64,000 bases of DNA from NCBI GenBank assembly GCA_964016885.1, contig OZ024743.1, positions 277,822,001 to 277,886,000 of the forward strand, written 5' to 3'. A program made the translations under genes and the position numbers. The notes beneath the pieces are model-generated. The model ran no database searches. It was not told the origin of the DNA and saw only the letters and a program-made list of their open reading frames with translations. The stretch is from Eledone cirrhosa. Lineage: Eukaryota. Of the stretch, positions 26,442 to 40,246 are shown one piece after another (the first letter of the stretch is position 1; every line of letters starts with the position of its first letter).

Positions 26442-26606
26442 GAGGGTCGGACGCCATGCTTTCCAGCATAGTTACGTCCCTTTACGATCTGAGTTCAAAT
26501 CCCGCCGAGGTTGACTTTGCCTTTTATCCTTACGTGGTCGATAAAATAAAGTACCAGTAATGCACTGGGTAATTGCTGGCCTTGTGCCTAAAGTAGAAGC
26601 AATTAT
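26442..26606 (+). mobile_element. SINE family 1, 5'-truncated
   Basis: 12-bp TSD ATTATGTGCAAC at 26430-26441 and 26602-26613. Confidence 0.92.
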
Positions 26607-27204
26607 GTGCAACAACATATACAGCTACTGCTTTTCTTGCCATTCTGTGTATGTGTGTGTGTGTGTGTGTGTGTATGTTAGTGTGTATGTATGTATGTAT
26701 GTATGTATGTATGTATGTATGTATGTATGTATGTATGTATGTTTGTGTGTACGTATGTACATATATAAGTACGTATATACGTATGTATGTATGTATGTAT
26801 TATATGTATGTATGTTTGTGTATGAATGTATGTATGTACGTACATATGTATGTATATATGTATGTATGTGTATATGTCTGTCTGGATGTATGTATGTATG
26901 CATGTATGTATATACATACACACATATCAACAAATCTTTTAATGAATAAAGAACCGGGTACTCAATACATGGTGTAAATATTGCGTCGGGAGTTTTAAGC
27001 CACTGCGAACATCTCGTCTTAGTGCCTGAAACATACATATATACATACATACAATAGTAATATACATACATATATATATAATGACATACGTATACAAGCC
27101 AAATCAGCTACATGCATACATGAACAGAAACACATACATATGTGCATATATAGAGAGTGAGAGGGGCTGAGATGGATAGTTAGATATATGCATATGTCGC
27201 TTAC

Positions 27205-27306
27205 GTCATCCCTGCGGCGTTGCAATTTCTTGCGGATTTCTTCAACCTTTTCACTGTCCGTGTTGGTTTTGCTTCGATAGTAATTGGTCGATAAGGTACC
27301 ATGTCG
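27205..27306 (-). CDS. Candidate host exon, product unknown (RHGTLSTNYYRSKTNTDSEKVEEIRKKLQRRRDD)
   Basis: Unique 102-nt island after a long (CT)n tract, with donor GTAAGC. No canonical AG acceptor at the boundary (CAC instead). Confidence 0.3.
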
Positions 27307-27310
27307 GTGT

Positions 27311-27393
<83 letters not shown>

Positions 27394-27592
27394 ATGGAGA
27401 TCGAGATAAAGAGATAAAGCAAGGAATAGATAAGACGTGAAAGAGAGAGAAAGAGAAGGGGGGATGGGGAGAAAGAAAGATGTAGTAAGAGATGAAGAAA
27501 TAGCGAAAACAAGAGGGTGTGATAGAGACTTTGAGGGGTGCGGTAGTGGAATGCGCAGGAAATAAACTACTGAAACCGAGATGACGAGAAAT

Positions 27593-27633
<41 letters not shown>

Positions 27634-27668
27634 CAAAGCGAGCCGACGAGCGAGAGAGCTGAGAGAGA

Positions 27669-27712
<44 letters not shown>

Positions 27713-28006
27713 AGAGAGCAGACGAACAAGAGAGAGAGGAACAAAGAGAGCCGACGAGCGAGCGAGAGAGAGAGAGAGAGAGAGTGACAGAAGGAGAGGG
27801 AGGTGTAAGAGAGAGAACATTTACACATTAAGAGATAGAGAGACAGAGGGAATGTTTGCGAAAGAAGACTAAGGAAATGGAATAAAGAGACAGAGATAAA
27901 GTATTTAAGGAAGACAGAGAAAGTAGAATAGAAAGAGAAAGATGAGCAAATATATAAAATAAGCAAAAGAAATAGAGGGAGCTTCTGTGACAGAAAGATT
28001 TAAAAG

Positions 28007-28544
28007 ATAATGATTTCTTATATAGGCACAAGGCCAGCAATTTTGGGGTAGGGAAAAGTCGATTAAATCGACCCCAGTATGTTACTGGTGATTTATTTTA
28101 TCGATCCCCCGTAAGGATGAAAGGCAAAGTTAACCTCGGCGGGATGTGAACTCAGGTCATAAAGGGCCGTAACTCTATGCTGCAAAGCATGGTGTCTGAC
28201 GCTCTACCGATACTGCCAATCAATCCACTGCCCTGTCATGCTGTAATAATTGTTTCTACTCTTGGCACAAGGCCAGCAATTACCCAGTACATTACTGGTA
28301 CTTTATTTTATCGACCCCGCTGTAATAATGGTTTCTTATATAGACACAAGGCCAGTAATTTGGGGGGAGGGGAAAGTCGATTAAATCAACCCCAGTACTA
28401 GACTGGTACTTTAATTTATCGACTCCGTAAGGATGAAAGGCAAAGTTAACCTTGGCGGGATTTGAAACTCAGACCGTAAATGACCGTAACTCTATGCTGC
28501 AAAGCATAGTGTCCGACTCTCTACCGATACTGCCAAACCACCGT
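28007..28544 (-). mobile_element. Three chained SINE family 1 copies
   Basis: About 28007-28231, 28246-28319 (truncated, flanked by GCTGTAATAAT) and 28326-28544. Confidence 0.9.
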
Positions 28545-29484
28545 CCTCAAGATTGAAAAAAACAATGGAAAGGAGCTGATTATAATATCGGACCAAGGTA
28601 ATAACGTTTTCATTGGTTTTTCTATTACTGATACTATCTTTCAGTCGCAACTCCTGGTTAAAGGTGACAGGATTTGAACTCGGATCTGAGAGAGCTGACT
28701 TATATATCGCAAAGCATCATGCCCGATTCTTTAATAATTTTGCCAATCCTAAATCCATGGACTGATACTTTATTTATCGACCCCGAAAAGAGGGAAAGCA
28801 AAGTTGACACGGCGGGCACAAATACAGATGCTTAAACCACTCTGCCCATTTGCCGCCATGATTGAGAAATAGGATAAAGAGACAGAGATAGAGTGTGAAA
28901 GAGGGTCAGAGAAATACAGAGGGAAAAAGAGGGAGTTGAATACAAAGTAAATCAACTGGAGAAGGGGAAAGAGTGAGAGAGAGAGAGAGAGCGAGTGAGA
29001 GAGAGAGAGAGAGAGAGGGGGAGATAGAGAGATTGAGAGAGTGAGAGAGAGACAGAAAGAGAAGGAGTAAATAACTAGAGGGAAATATACAGAGAAAGTG
29101 AGGGTGAAAGATATATATTGCGAGAGAGTTGAAAGCGTAGAGAGCAAGAGTCTTGGAGAGTGGTAGCGTGGGAGATTGAATGAAGGAGAGAGAGATAAAA
29201 AGTGTGAGGCAATGAAGAAGAGGTCGGATGAGGGTTAGTGAGTGAGAGAGAGAGAATGTGTGTGCACAGTGGCGGACTGGGTCTACAAATATTGGTTGCC
29301 AGATGAAGGGAGCCTACCTATATATAGAATGCTATCATTTAATATTTATAATGAATAAATAACATCTTCAAAAAATACATAAGTGGAAACAAAACAGTGC
29401 AATGAAATGTTTGCGGGAAAATATCTTACCTTCTCAAATAAAAAATATGTATTTTGCGAAATCCAGAGACTTTCAATAATGACC

Positions 29485-29898
29485 AGAAGTCTACCCTAAA
29501 TATTACTAATAGCTCTAGGAAAGCCATGAATGACACCACATCTTTTTAACTTTGATTTTGAAAGTAGGTTTATAATTATCAATTTTCATTATACTTTTGT
29601 AGCTGGCTCGGTGGCCTAGCTGGAGGGACCATGGTCGGGAGTAGGGTTCCCAGTAAACCTTTTCAGTTTTTTTCAATGGGTTGTAAAATAAAAGCTGAAA
29701 AAGTTACATGCACCTCTTGACCAGGATTCAACCCGAGGCTAGGATCACCACCGTGACTAGGACCTACCGCTAGGCCTCAGAGACAACTACGAAAGTCTTA
29801 TGAAAATTGATACTTATAAACGTACTTTCAAAATGTTCAAAATGTGGTGTCGTTCATGTCTTTCTTAATGTAATTGTTCCTACTTAAGGTCGACTTCT
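29485..29898. mobile_element. Palindromic (foldback/MITE-like) element with about 135-bp diverged arms ending in tRNA-like heads
   Basis: 29485-29622 matches the reverse complement of 29766-29898. Arms may extend to about 29385 and 29995. Confidence 0.75.
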
Positions 29899-30260
29899 AA
29901 ATCATTTGGGTGTTCCATACACTAAATCATCGTTTTGTTTCATATCTATCTAACTATATTTTAACCTGTAATCCATGTTTCATTTCTGTTCCACCTCATT
30001 TCTCCCCTTCACCCTCTCTCTTTCTCTCTGTGAGAATACTTACAGTTTAAGAATACTTCCCTCCTTCCTACATTGAGGTCCCTGAAAAGGCGTATATTTT
30101 CCTTCTTGAATAAATAATTAAAAGCACACCAGTTATCGAAATAATGTCGAAGTAAATTTCATAACTTTTGGGAAAAAACAAATTCCCATATTTGGCTATG
30201 AAAATTAATATTAAAATGGGATAAACTTTTTTTTTTATCAATCACGGGTCGATAAAGCCA

Positions 30261-30372
<112 letters not shown>

Positions 30373-30904
30373 ACATACACACACGTATGTATGCATGTAT
30401 GAATATATATACATATATATGGAATAAAAATTTCAGTTACATGTCGAGTTCTACATAATCGATTATATGGGCTTTTCTTATTTAAATTGTTTTCTCATTT
30501 CTAAAATCAATATTTATTAATGAATCCATTCATTAAATGCCGTTACACTATAATAACAAATGTATCAATTTTTCTGTTTTGCAGTAGAATATTCATTTTT
30601 TCTTTACATTACACATCAACATCATTTAATGTTAAATGCAATCAACTGAAACCTCTATATTATCGCAAGTGCCTAATCTACTGACATTGAAACTCAACAA
30701 AAATCCAACCATCATCACCCTCATATACACATAATCTGCACTGAGCTAAACATAAGCATACATTAACAATTTTAATGTAGGTTTGTTTGTTTAAAAGAGG
30801 GGGAAATGTAGTAAAGCAGTGATGGGGCAGCAGAGGATGTGGCGAGGACGAAATTAGATTATTTAAAAGAAATGATAAGAAAATAAATAACACTGACAAG
30901 GGAT

Positions 30905-32715
30905 ATAATTTAAACGGACCCCTACCACACAAAAAAATGGACACTTCACCGCGCCAAGAAAGAAAATGAACCCCTCCCCGAAAACGGACCCTCCACCGCG
31001 ACCAATGACAAACGGACCCCATCGAGCCCAATCAAAAACCGGAACCCATTCAAAGCCCAATAAAAAAATCGAACATCCCGCCGTGCCCAATAAAAATTCG
31101 ACCCACAGCGCCTAATAAAATAAAATGGACTTCCCGCATTCCACAATAAAAAAAACGGTCCTCTCGCAGCGCTTAATGACAAAAATGGACGCTCTGCCGT
31201 GCCCTCCCCTCCCCCGCAGCGCCGATATAAGAAACGGACAACCCGTAGTGCTCAATTAAAAAACCGTCCACACGCCACGTCCAATGATAAAATGGACTCG
31301 CCGCAGCGCCAAATAAAAAGACGGATCCTCCACCATGCCCAATAAATAATGAACCCGCCGCCGCACCCAATAAAAGAACGGCCCCCACAGCGCACAATAA
31401 AAAACGGACCCCACGTGGCACCCGATTAAAAAGAAGAGACGCCGGCACCGCCCAATTTTAAAAAGTCGGACCAAGAACCACGCCCAATAAAAAACGGACC
31501 CTTCACCAAGCCTAATAAAAAACGGAACCCCGCCGCGCCCAATAAAAAATGAACCCGCCCTCGGCAACCAATGAAAATTTTGGGGTGTACTGCAAGGATC
31601 CATTTATTGATTTGGCGCTACGGGCTTCCGCCGCCCCACCCAATAATAAAACGGACCACCCGAAACACCCAATAAAAAATAGACTTCCTGCTGTACGCCC
31701 CCCCCCCCCTCAAGAAAAAAAAACGAACCCCCCGCAGTGCACAATAAAAAAACGGACGCCCGCAGCGCCCAATAAAAACAGACCCCCCTATAAAAAAAAT
31801 AGACCCCTTCCAGCATCCAATAAAAAAGCGGACTCTCTGCTGTGCCCCCGAAAAAACGGACCCACCGCAGCGCCCAATAACAAATGGACTCTCCGCAGTG
31901 CCCTCCCCCCAAACAAAAAACCGGACTCACGCCGCGCCTAATAAAAATATGGACCGCTCGCAGCGCTCATTAAAAGAAACGGACCCTTTGAAGAGCCCAA
32001 TAAAAAAATGGACCTCTGCCGCGCCAAATGAAAAACAGAGCACATGCCATGTTCAATAAAAAAAACGGATCCCCACCTTACCCAATAATAAAACAGAAAC
32101 CCCGCCACGGCCAATAAAAAGTAGACGCCCCCTCCCCCGGAGCCCCCAATAAAAAAAACGCCCCCCCCACAGCCAATCAAAAAGCACGAACCCCCGCGGC
32201 CCCCAATAAAAAACGGAATTCCTGCCGCTCCCAATAAATAATCGGACCTCCTCACTGCCCCCCCTCCCCCCCAAAAAATGGACCCCGCCGCGCCCAATAA
32301 AAAGAACGGACCTCCTGCTACGCCAAATAAAAAAAAGGTACACCCAGCCGCGCCCAATAAAATATCGCTCCCCACCATGCAAAATAAGAAACACACCTCC
32401 ATCACACCGCGCCCCCCCCCAAAAAAATGGACCCCTTGCTGCGCCCAATAAATAAACGGATACCCCCTCGCACCCAATAGAAAAACGGATCCCCCGTCGC
32501 GCCCGATAAAAAACGGATCCCCAACCACGCTCAATAAAAAAACGGATCCCCCACACCGCCCAATTAAAATCAGACTCACCAATATAAAACGGACGCCCCC
32601 TCCCCCCGATAAAAATGGACATCGCTCCAAATAGAAACGTACCCTTCCATCATCCAATAACCCCGTTCCCCAAGAAATTTAAAAAAATGGACCAGCACCC
32701 CTAATAAAAAACCGA
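30905..32715. repeat. Diverged satellite of about 30-33 bp, AATAAAAAACGGACCCCCGCCGCGCCC
   Basis: Roughly 55-60 tandem units with alternating A-tract and C/CpG-rich halves. Confidence 0.95.
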
Positions 32716-33019
32716 TACGAAATGTCTAGTACACTTCTAAAAAGAAATAAAGAAAACAAAGAAACAAGGAAAATTCTATTCCACTTCATGAATAATGTAT
32801 ATTCTGTATTGGATAGTGAGCGCTGAGAGCGATGTTGGAGGTGTAGAAATGGTAAGTGACTGTGGCCGCAGGTCGAATAATGTAAGGAAGGTTGAACTAC
32901 TAAGGGAAATAACTCAAATACGCCAATATCAAGTATGTATGGTTGTTCTGAATGACGTATGGAAATATTTCTTAATAAATTGATATGTTCTTCTTAGATG
33001 GAAAAATATAACAAAAGTC

Positions 33020-33965
33020 TAGTGGTAATCGTCCCCACTCCCTCACATTTTGTGGCGTTGTACCTATATTAGAAATAATTACTTAAAAGGGCTGTAGAGT
33101 TACAGATTCTATAGAGCAATAAACAACAAAAAATCTTGCATTTAGTGATATCACATTATGTTCAAAGCCTAATGAGGTCGACTGTTAGAGGTGATGAAAT
33201 CAATCTAATCAATTGTCCTTTCCTCCCCAAATATGTGGCCTTGTCTCTATGCGAGAAAATACTTTTCAGTATTTAGTTAGATCAAATCTCGCAGTAATTA
33301 ACTTAGAAATTTATCTCTCGTATTTCATTAAAAGAAAATATCAGACCAGCGGTGCTCTTACGAAGTATTATATTTATTATTGTAATAGAAGGATGTTGCC
33401 ACAATATTTGTTTCGGCTTTTTACGCTCTTACTTCAAATCCGGCCTTTCATCCTATTAAAAGTAGAGTACCAGTAACGGACTGTGGTTGATTTAATCAAA
33501 TTTCCCTCCCTTAAAATCATTGGCCTTGTGCCTAAATCAGAAAACATTATTAGAAAGATGTGGATTGGCAAAATCAGTAGAGCGTCGGACACCTTGATTC
33601 GCGGCATAGTTACATCTATTTACGTTCTGAGTTCAAATCCCGCCAAGGTTAACTTTGCCTTTCATCCGTACGGCATCGATAAAATAAAGTACCAGTAATG
33701 CACTGGGTCGATTTAATCAACTTTCCCCTCCCCCTCCCCAAATTACTGGCCTTGTGCCTATACTAGAAATCATTATTAGAAGGCTGTCGTCACAATATTT
33801 CTTCCGGCTCTTTAGGTTCTGAGTTCGAATCCCTCTGATATTAACCATGCCTTTCATCCTTCTGGGGTCGATAAAATAACGTACCAGTTATGGACTAGGG
33901 TCAATTTATTCGTTTGTCCCCCTCTCCCAAATTGCTGAACTTGTTCCTAAATTTGAAATAATTAT
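33020..33965 (+). mobile_element. Head-to-tail array of SINE family 1 copies of different ages
   Basis: Repeated GGCCTTGTGCCTA..AGAAA..ATTATTAG ends at about 33080, 33260, 33550, 33778 and 33965. Confidence 0.82.
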
Positions 33966-34258
33966 TAGAAGATTGATGATTAATGAAACACACTTAAGAT
34001 TTTCTTCTTCTAGGGTCAATTAATTGTCAAGTACTGCCATTCATTACAGTTAATACACGTCTCTCCCAAAATGTGATACTCTAAAGTATAGAGTTTTGTG
34101 CCCAAATTAAAGGCGTTGAAATGTGTAGACTCTTGACAAAGAATAATGTTCTAGCAAATCAACCCTGCGAACATATTCCCATAATCCTTTAGGTCTGCTT
34201 CAGAAATCATTATTATGTTGAATTTGTAACTCAAAACGTACTTCCACACACGAATAAT

Positions 34259-34375
<117 letters not shown>

Positions 34376-34381
34376 GCAATT

Positions 34382-34415
<34 letters not shown>

Positions 34416-34580
34416 GCCTGCATATATTTAAAAGTAAGTGTTCTTTACATAAATAAAAGCTACAAACATTAACTGAAGAGAGGGCTATCAGTTGACAAGT
34501 CACTAATTTCAGTGGAATACATCACTCCTATTCTCATGTCGAACAGCTCAGTGATTTATTATTATTTAGGTTGTGTCAGG

Positions 34581-35218
34581 ACGGTGGATTAGCAGTATCG
34601 GTAGAGCGTCGGACATGTTTTGCGGCATATAATTACGGTCCTTTACGTCATGATTTCAAATCCCGCCGAGGTTAGCTTGCCTTTCATCGTTACCAGGTCG
34701 ATAAAATAAGTACCAGTAATGCACCGTGGTCTAATTAATCGACATTCTTCTTCAAATTGCTGGCCTTGTGTAAACAGTGGACGTAGAAATGGGGTGGAGA
34801 CGTTTAAATCACCAGTTTTTGCTTCAGCTGTTAAATACTGCGGATGAAACTGGCGTGGTATTGCGACTGGTCACAGAGGATCCCTTGCTTCCACCCGTAG
34901 TTACACCGCCCCTGAATACCGCCCAGATTAACTTTGTTTTTCATCCTTTAAGGGTCGATATAATAAAGCACCACTCACGTACTGAAGTCAATGTAATCGA
35001 CTTTCTTACTATATGGAAATCGTGGATCTTGTGCCTATATTAGGAATCGGTAGAATGTCGGACACCATGCTTTGCAGCACAGTTATGTCCCTATACGGAC
35101 TGAGTTCAAATCCCACCGAGGTTAACTTTGCCTTTCATCCTTACGGGGTCGATAAAATAAAGTACCAGTAATACACTGGTGTAATTGCAGGCCTTGTGCC
35201 AAAAGTAGAAACAATTAT
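34581..35218 (+). mobile_element. SINE family 1 cluster (about three copies)
   Basis: Consensus matches at about 34581-34770, 34915-35045 and 35046-35218. Confidence 0.85.
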
Positions 35219-35298
35219 ATAAGGCATCCAATATTGAATTAACTGCTTTTATAAGTCTGACTGGGGACGAGGAAGACAAAGAGCAAAAGAGAGGGAGA

Positions 35299-35487
35299 TA
35301 ATTGTCTCTACATTAGGCACAAGGCCAGCAATTACCCAGTGCATTACTGTTACTTTATTTTATCGACCCCGTAAGGATGAAAGGCAAAGTCAACCTCGGC
35401 GGGATTTGAATTCAGATCGTAAAGGGACGTAACTATGCTGGAAAGCATGGCCTCCGACCCTCCACTGTTACTGCCAATCCACCGCCC
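35299..35487 (-). mobile_element. SINE family 1, full length
   Basis: 18-bp TSD AAAGAGAGGGAGATAATT at 35286-35303 and 35490-35507. Confidence 0.93.
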
Positions 35488-35854
35488 TTAAAGAGAGGGA
35501 GATAATTATAGACAAATAGACAGGGGAAGTGAATGACAGTAGTGGAGAATGAGTGAGTGAGAGAGAGAGAGAAAGAAAGAGAGGGAGATAGAGAGATGTA
35601 GGTAGACATAGGGCTAATATGAGAGAAGGTATACATTTTAAGAGATTCTGTAAAGGCTAATTTCAAATCTACTCTACTAAGTGATATTTTTAATATTTGT
35701 TTCGTTGTCATCTTCACTGTATACATTTTCAGAAGTCGATTATATGGGTAATAAGTGTATAGGAATACACACATACATACGTATATGTACACAAATATAC
35801 ACAGTTACACACAAGGATGCAAACACACACACACATATACATATATATATATAA

Positions 35855-35893
<39 letters not shown>

Positions 35894-35923
35894 TTTATAT
35901 ATGTATATGTTTATATGTGAGGG

Positions 35924-35988
<65 letters not shown>

Positions 35989-36075
35989 AGAGAGAGAGAT
36001 CTATTTTTTATACAATTACATATATATATATATATATTATTACATATATATATATAATTTTATATATATATTATT

Positions 36076-36108
<33 letters not shown>

Positions 36109-36114
36109 CACACA

Positions 36115-36200
<86 letters not shown>

Positions 36201-36233
36201 ACATATATATATATTATTTATATATATATATAT

Positions 36234-36271
<38 letters not shown>

Positions 36272-36669
36272 ACATATATATATATATATATTATTACATA
36301 TATATATATATATTACGAGAGAGGGGTTAGACAGAGACAGAGAGATGCACAAGAAATATAAAGGCTAATAATATTTTTTCGGTTTCCTTTGAACTAATAT
36401 TTAAAATGAGAATTGTACTACTACTGTTATGTCGTGTAACTAAATGTTTGTGTTTGTGTGTATGAGTGTGTGTGCGTAAGAACATGTTTGTGTGTGTATT
36501 GTAGTAGAAGTGGGTGGTGTTGAGCAGTAGTGAGTAACTATAATAATATTGATAAATAACAAGTGATCATCAAATAGAAACGGTTCAACAAGTAAAATAG
36601 CTTAAGACAGTCTTCTAGTATTCTACAAGTTATTTCTTGTATATCTTTATATATATATATATCTGTGTG

Positions 36670-36687
36670 TATGTAGGTGTGTGTGTG

Positions 36688-36735
<48 letters not shown>

Positions 36736-36758
36736 AACAGACACATATATTTATATAA

Positions 36759-36831
<73 letters not shown>

Positions 36832-36964
36832 GACTTTTTTATCATCTTAAAGTATGTATATTTTCCAGAATATTATTTGTTCTCTATATATATGTGTCCA
36901 AAATGGTATGTGTTTCCCGAACTATATATGACTCTTTCTCTCTATACATATTTTTTACATTTGA

Positions 36965-36998
<34 letters not shown>

Positions 36999-37011
36999 AG
37001 GTGTGTGTGTG

Positions 37012-37049
<38 letters not shown>

Positions 37050-37266
37050 TATACACACACAAACAGACACATATATTTATATAAATATATATATATGTAT
37101 ATATATATATAATGATTTTTTATCATCTTAAAGTATGTATATTTTCCAGAATATTATTTGTTCTCTATATATATGTGTCCAAAATAGTATGTGTTTCCCG
37201 AACTATATATGACTCTTTCTCTCTATACATATCTTTTACATTTGAATATATATATATATATATATA
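36670..37266. repeat. Tandem duplication of a unit of about 300 bp bounded by TA/TG microsatellites
   Basis: TATCATCTTAAAGTATGTATATTTTCCAG...TTTTACATTTGAATAT occurs at about 36840 and 37121. Confidence 0.93.
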
Positions 37267-37336
37267 TTATACACAAAAACAAGATGGCGTAGGACAGAAC
37301 AAAGGAGAGGCACAAAAACAAAGAAAATAATCCCCA

Positions 37337-37379
37337 GTCACTGAAGAGGTCACATAATGTGTGACGAAAGAACTTTGAC
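37337..37379 (+). ncRNA. Minimal hammerhead ribozyme candidate in a solo pLTR-like island between (TA)n tracts
   Basis: GTCA-CTGAAGA-G-GTCACA[TAATG]TGTGAC-GAAA-GAAC-TT-TGAC. Confidence 0.62.
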
Positions 37380-37514
37380 AATATATAAACAGTCATCTGG
37401 TTGCGGAACCAACCAGCCAACCGGAAATTTATAAATTTATTATAATAAATTGAAGTGAAAGCGACTGGTGCGTGTGTTTCTTATTGGCAACATGACCCTC
37501 CCATAATATAACAA

Positions 37515-37570
<56 letters not shown>

Positions 37571-37574
37571 CGTG

Positions 37575-37616
<42 letters not shown>

Positions 37617-37654
37617 TGTGTGTGTCTGTCTGTCTGTCTGTCTGTCTGTATGTA

Positions 37655-37728
<74 letters not shown>

Positions 37729-38119
37729 AACTTGGTTGTGGTGGGGCTGATAACGTTGTTAGAACCCAATGTGTCCTTTGAAGGGTGGTTACGGCGAGAT
37801 TCTTCAGTGTGACCGGTAGTTCTTGTGGTAGGTGATCACCTCCTATGGTATTTTAGAAAATCCGTCCAGTTTACAGATTCATTTACATGTGTTTGAACAA
37901 TAAAAACAGAAGTCAGATCGTTTCAGATGGTTGATTGATCGATTGAAATCGATGTATCGACTATCATGGTAATGGTTAAGTTACTAGCTATTTCTACTCT
38001 CGAAAACCCTGTTCAATCGGCCAACACTTTAGTGTTTTTGCGGAGAACTTTAGTGTTTCTGTATGTCTGTGTGCGTGCGCGCCCGCCTGTGTGGTTTTGT
38101 AACGGACTGCCTTCATTCC

Positions 38120-38405
38120 CGACGATGATTGTTACGGTTTGATCAACAGAACTGACTGCTTGAGGAATGAATGGGCAAGTGTCTCAGCATTCCATTAACG
38201 GTAGTTTTGAAAGAGATTCAGTATCACACCATATATGACAAGGCTCATTATTTCAAGTAGGGTTACAACTCCTTTTTACTCGCTGAATGGACTACTGCAT
38301 CATGAAATACTGTGTCTTACTCCAGGACAATTCATGCCGCCACGTACGAGTGTCGAACATAAAACTTTATGATCGTGCACCGTGTAAACTAACCCCTCAG
38401 CACTT
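38120..38405 (-). mobile_element. tRNA-derived SINE family 2 (CORE-like body), old
   Basis: Reverse complement shows a tRNA head plus TTGTCCTGGAGTAAGACAC..ATTTCATGATGCAGTAGTCCATTCAGC. Related to 41305 and 58525. Confidence 0.6.
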
Positions 38406-38788
38406 TACTTCACATATAAGAATATATTCTGGTTGTAGATCCGGTTTCAGACAGTAATATTGTAGTTTGTTGTTGTAGTGTTTGACTGTAAGAACTACAT
38501 CTACAACCTGTGCTGTCTGTGTTCAGAAAGTTGTAGCAGTTTATCTTTTTGGAGTTATGTCCCTTGATTATTTTTTGCATTTGAATAACTATTTTTTGTT
38601 TCTAATTGCTTCGATAATCTCGATTGAACAATACTTTTCAACTCATTATATCACAGTATGCAGAACGGCCCCTAAAACATATTCCCCCCAAAATTGTTGA
38701 TATTCAGGATCATCGTTACTACATTAACAATATCTCTCTCTCTCTTTCTCTCTCTCCTCTAAGCAGCAGCAGCAGCAACATCAGGAAC

Positions 38789-38837
<49 letters not shown>

Positions 38838-39853
38838 AATAATAGATTTCAATTTGAGGGCATGCTTGTTCACATATAGTTCTCTTCTGTGGTATGTGGC
38901 GTGTCTCGTTGGCTTTGGTCGAAAACACGTTTCTTGTTTTTAGCTCTGGATCAATCTGTGTCCAGCAGACCAAACAAGTCGTAACTTTATCTTCTATTCA
39001 TCATATCTCTGAATACATTGTCCAACGTGCCCCTTATCTCGCTGTACGTCTGTGTGTGATTTGGTGCAATATGTTAGTAGTGTTTCGAGCAATCGCGTAG
39101 TTTCAGACTTGTTTTTATTTCAGAACTTATATAGATAACATACATCTACTACTATTACTATTAATTCTAATACAATAATGACTCCATCTACTATTATAAA
39201 TGAATTTCTTGGATAATATATACCCAAACCAAGTGTTACAAGAAACCGACATCGAAGGAGGATTTACGTTTTGATGAGCAGCATACTAAATCTGCCAATA
39301 TCAAAAGTAACTTTGTAGGTGGGTATATTTTAGATTGCCTAAGTGTATTGCAAACCATATGTTTAACCAGGGAACTGTTAATGTAATTATCATAGCATAA
39401 TTACTGGAATGATTTCTATTTATTTTTGTTTGGTGTCAGTGCTTTCAAACATTTGAATTAGCTATAGAATCTCTGTTTTCTTTTAGATCCATGAGAATGG
39501 ATAGCACACATGAAAACACTATTAATCCAATATTTGCCGCAGACCTTGATGCATTGATTAACTATGTAAAGCAGCACGATTTTCTACGTAAAGAACATAA
39601 GTGTCATTATTATAATTAGTCTATGAAGTGGTCAAAACATTCTTTATCAAATTATACATATGTGTGGAAATACAAATTAAAGCACTATGCTAAATATAAA
39701 CATTGTGAAACAATTAATAAATATTTCCTTTTCTTCTGTCAAAGATTTCATTACAAATGTTGATTGAAGCTATTTTATTTTTGGGAGAAGGCAACGAGTA
39801 CTATTTAATTTATTATTTCTCTGAATATTTCATTAGTGCCAACAGTAAATATT

Positions 39854-39932
<79 letters not shown>

Positions 39933-40046
39933 TTTATATACACTTACATAAAAAAAAGAAGAGATCCAATCATGAAATCGGATCAAGGAAACCATATTTC
40001 CATTAGTCTTTCCATTGTTGATACTATCTGCAGGTCACAATAATTA

Positions 40047-40246
40047 CAGACCTGTCAACTCTTCCCGTCCGACGGGATGATCTCCCACCCACTTTTGGGT
40101 GGATGAGAGATGTCTTCTTTTGTGAAAATGGGTATAGCTTTCATTATGTAAAACCTCCGCAGTTTACCTCATTTCTCCCCGTTGGGAGGGGGGGGGGGAT
40201 TTTTCATGGTACTCCCTGTTTGGATTTTTAGAGGTTGGCAGGTCTA
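40047..40246. mobile_element. MITE copy 2 (CAGACCTGTCAAC...GTTGGCAGGTCTA)
   Basis: Collinear with 13478-13671. Flanks TAATTA/CAACTA. Confidence 0.85.

Noticed and set aside
30905-32715. Possible CRISPR-like array
   Set aside because: Contiguous diverged units without unique spacers, no cas genes, eukaryotic context.
32800-32860. Plus-strand exon ending ATG|GTAAGT
   Set aside because: Isolated donor with a weak acceptor and no supporting partner exon.
34775-34913. MITE with CAG...CTG ends inside a SINE cluster
   Set aside because: TIR match is partial, with no TSD or second copy in the window.
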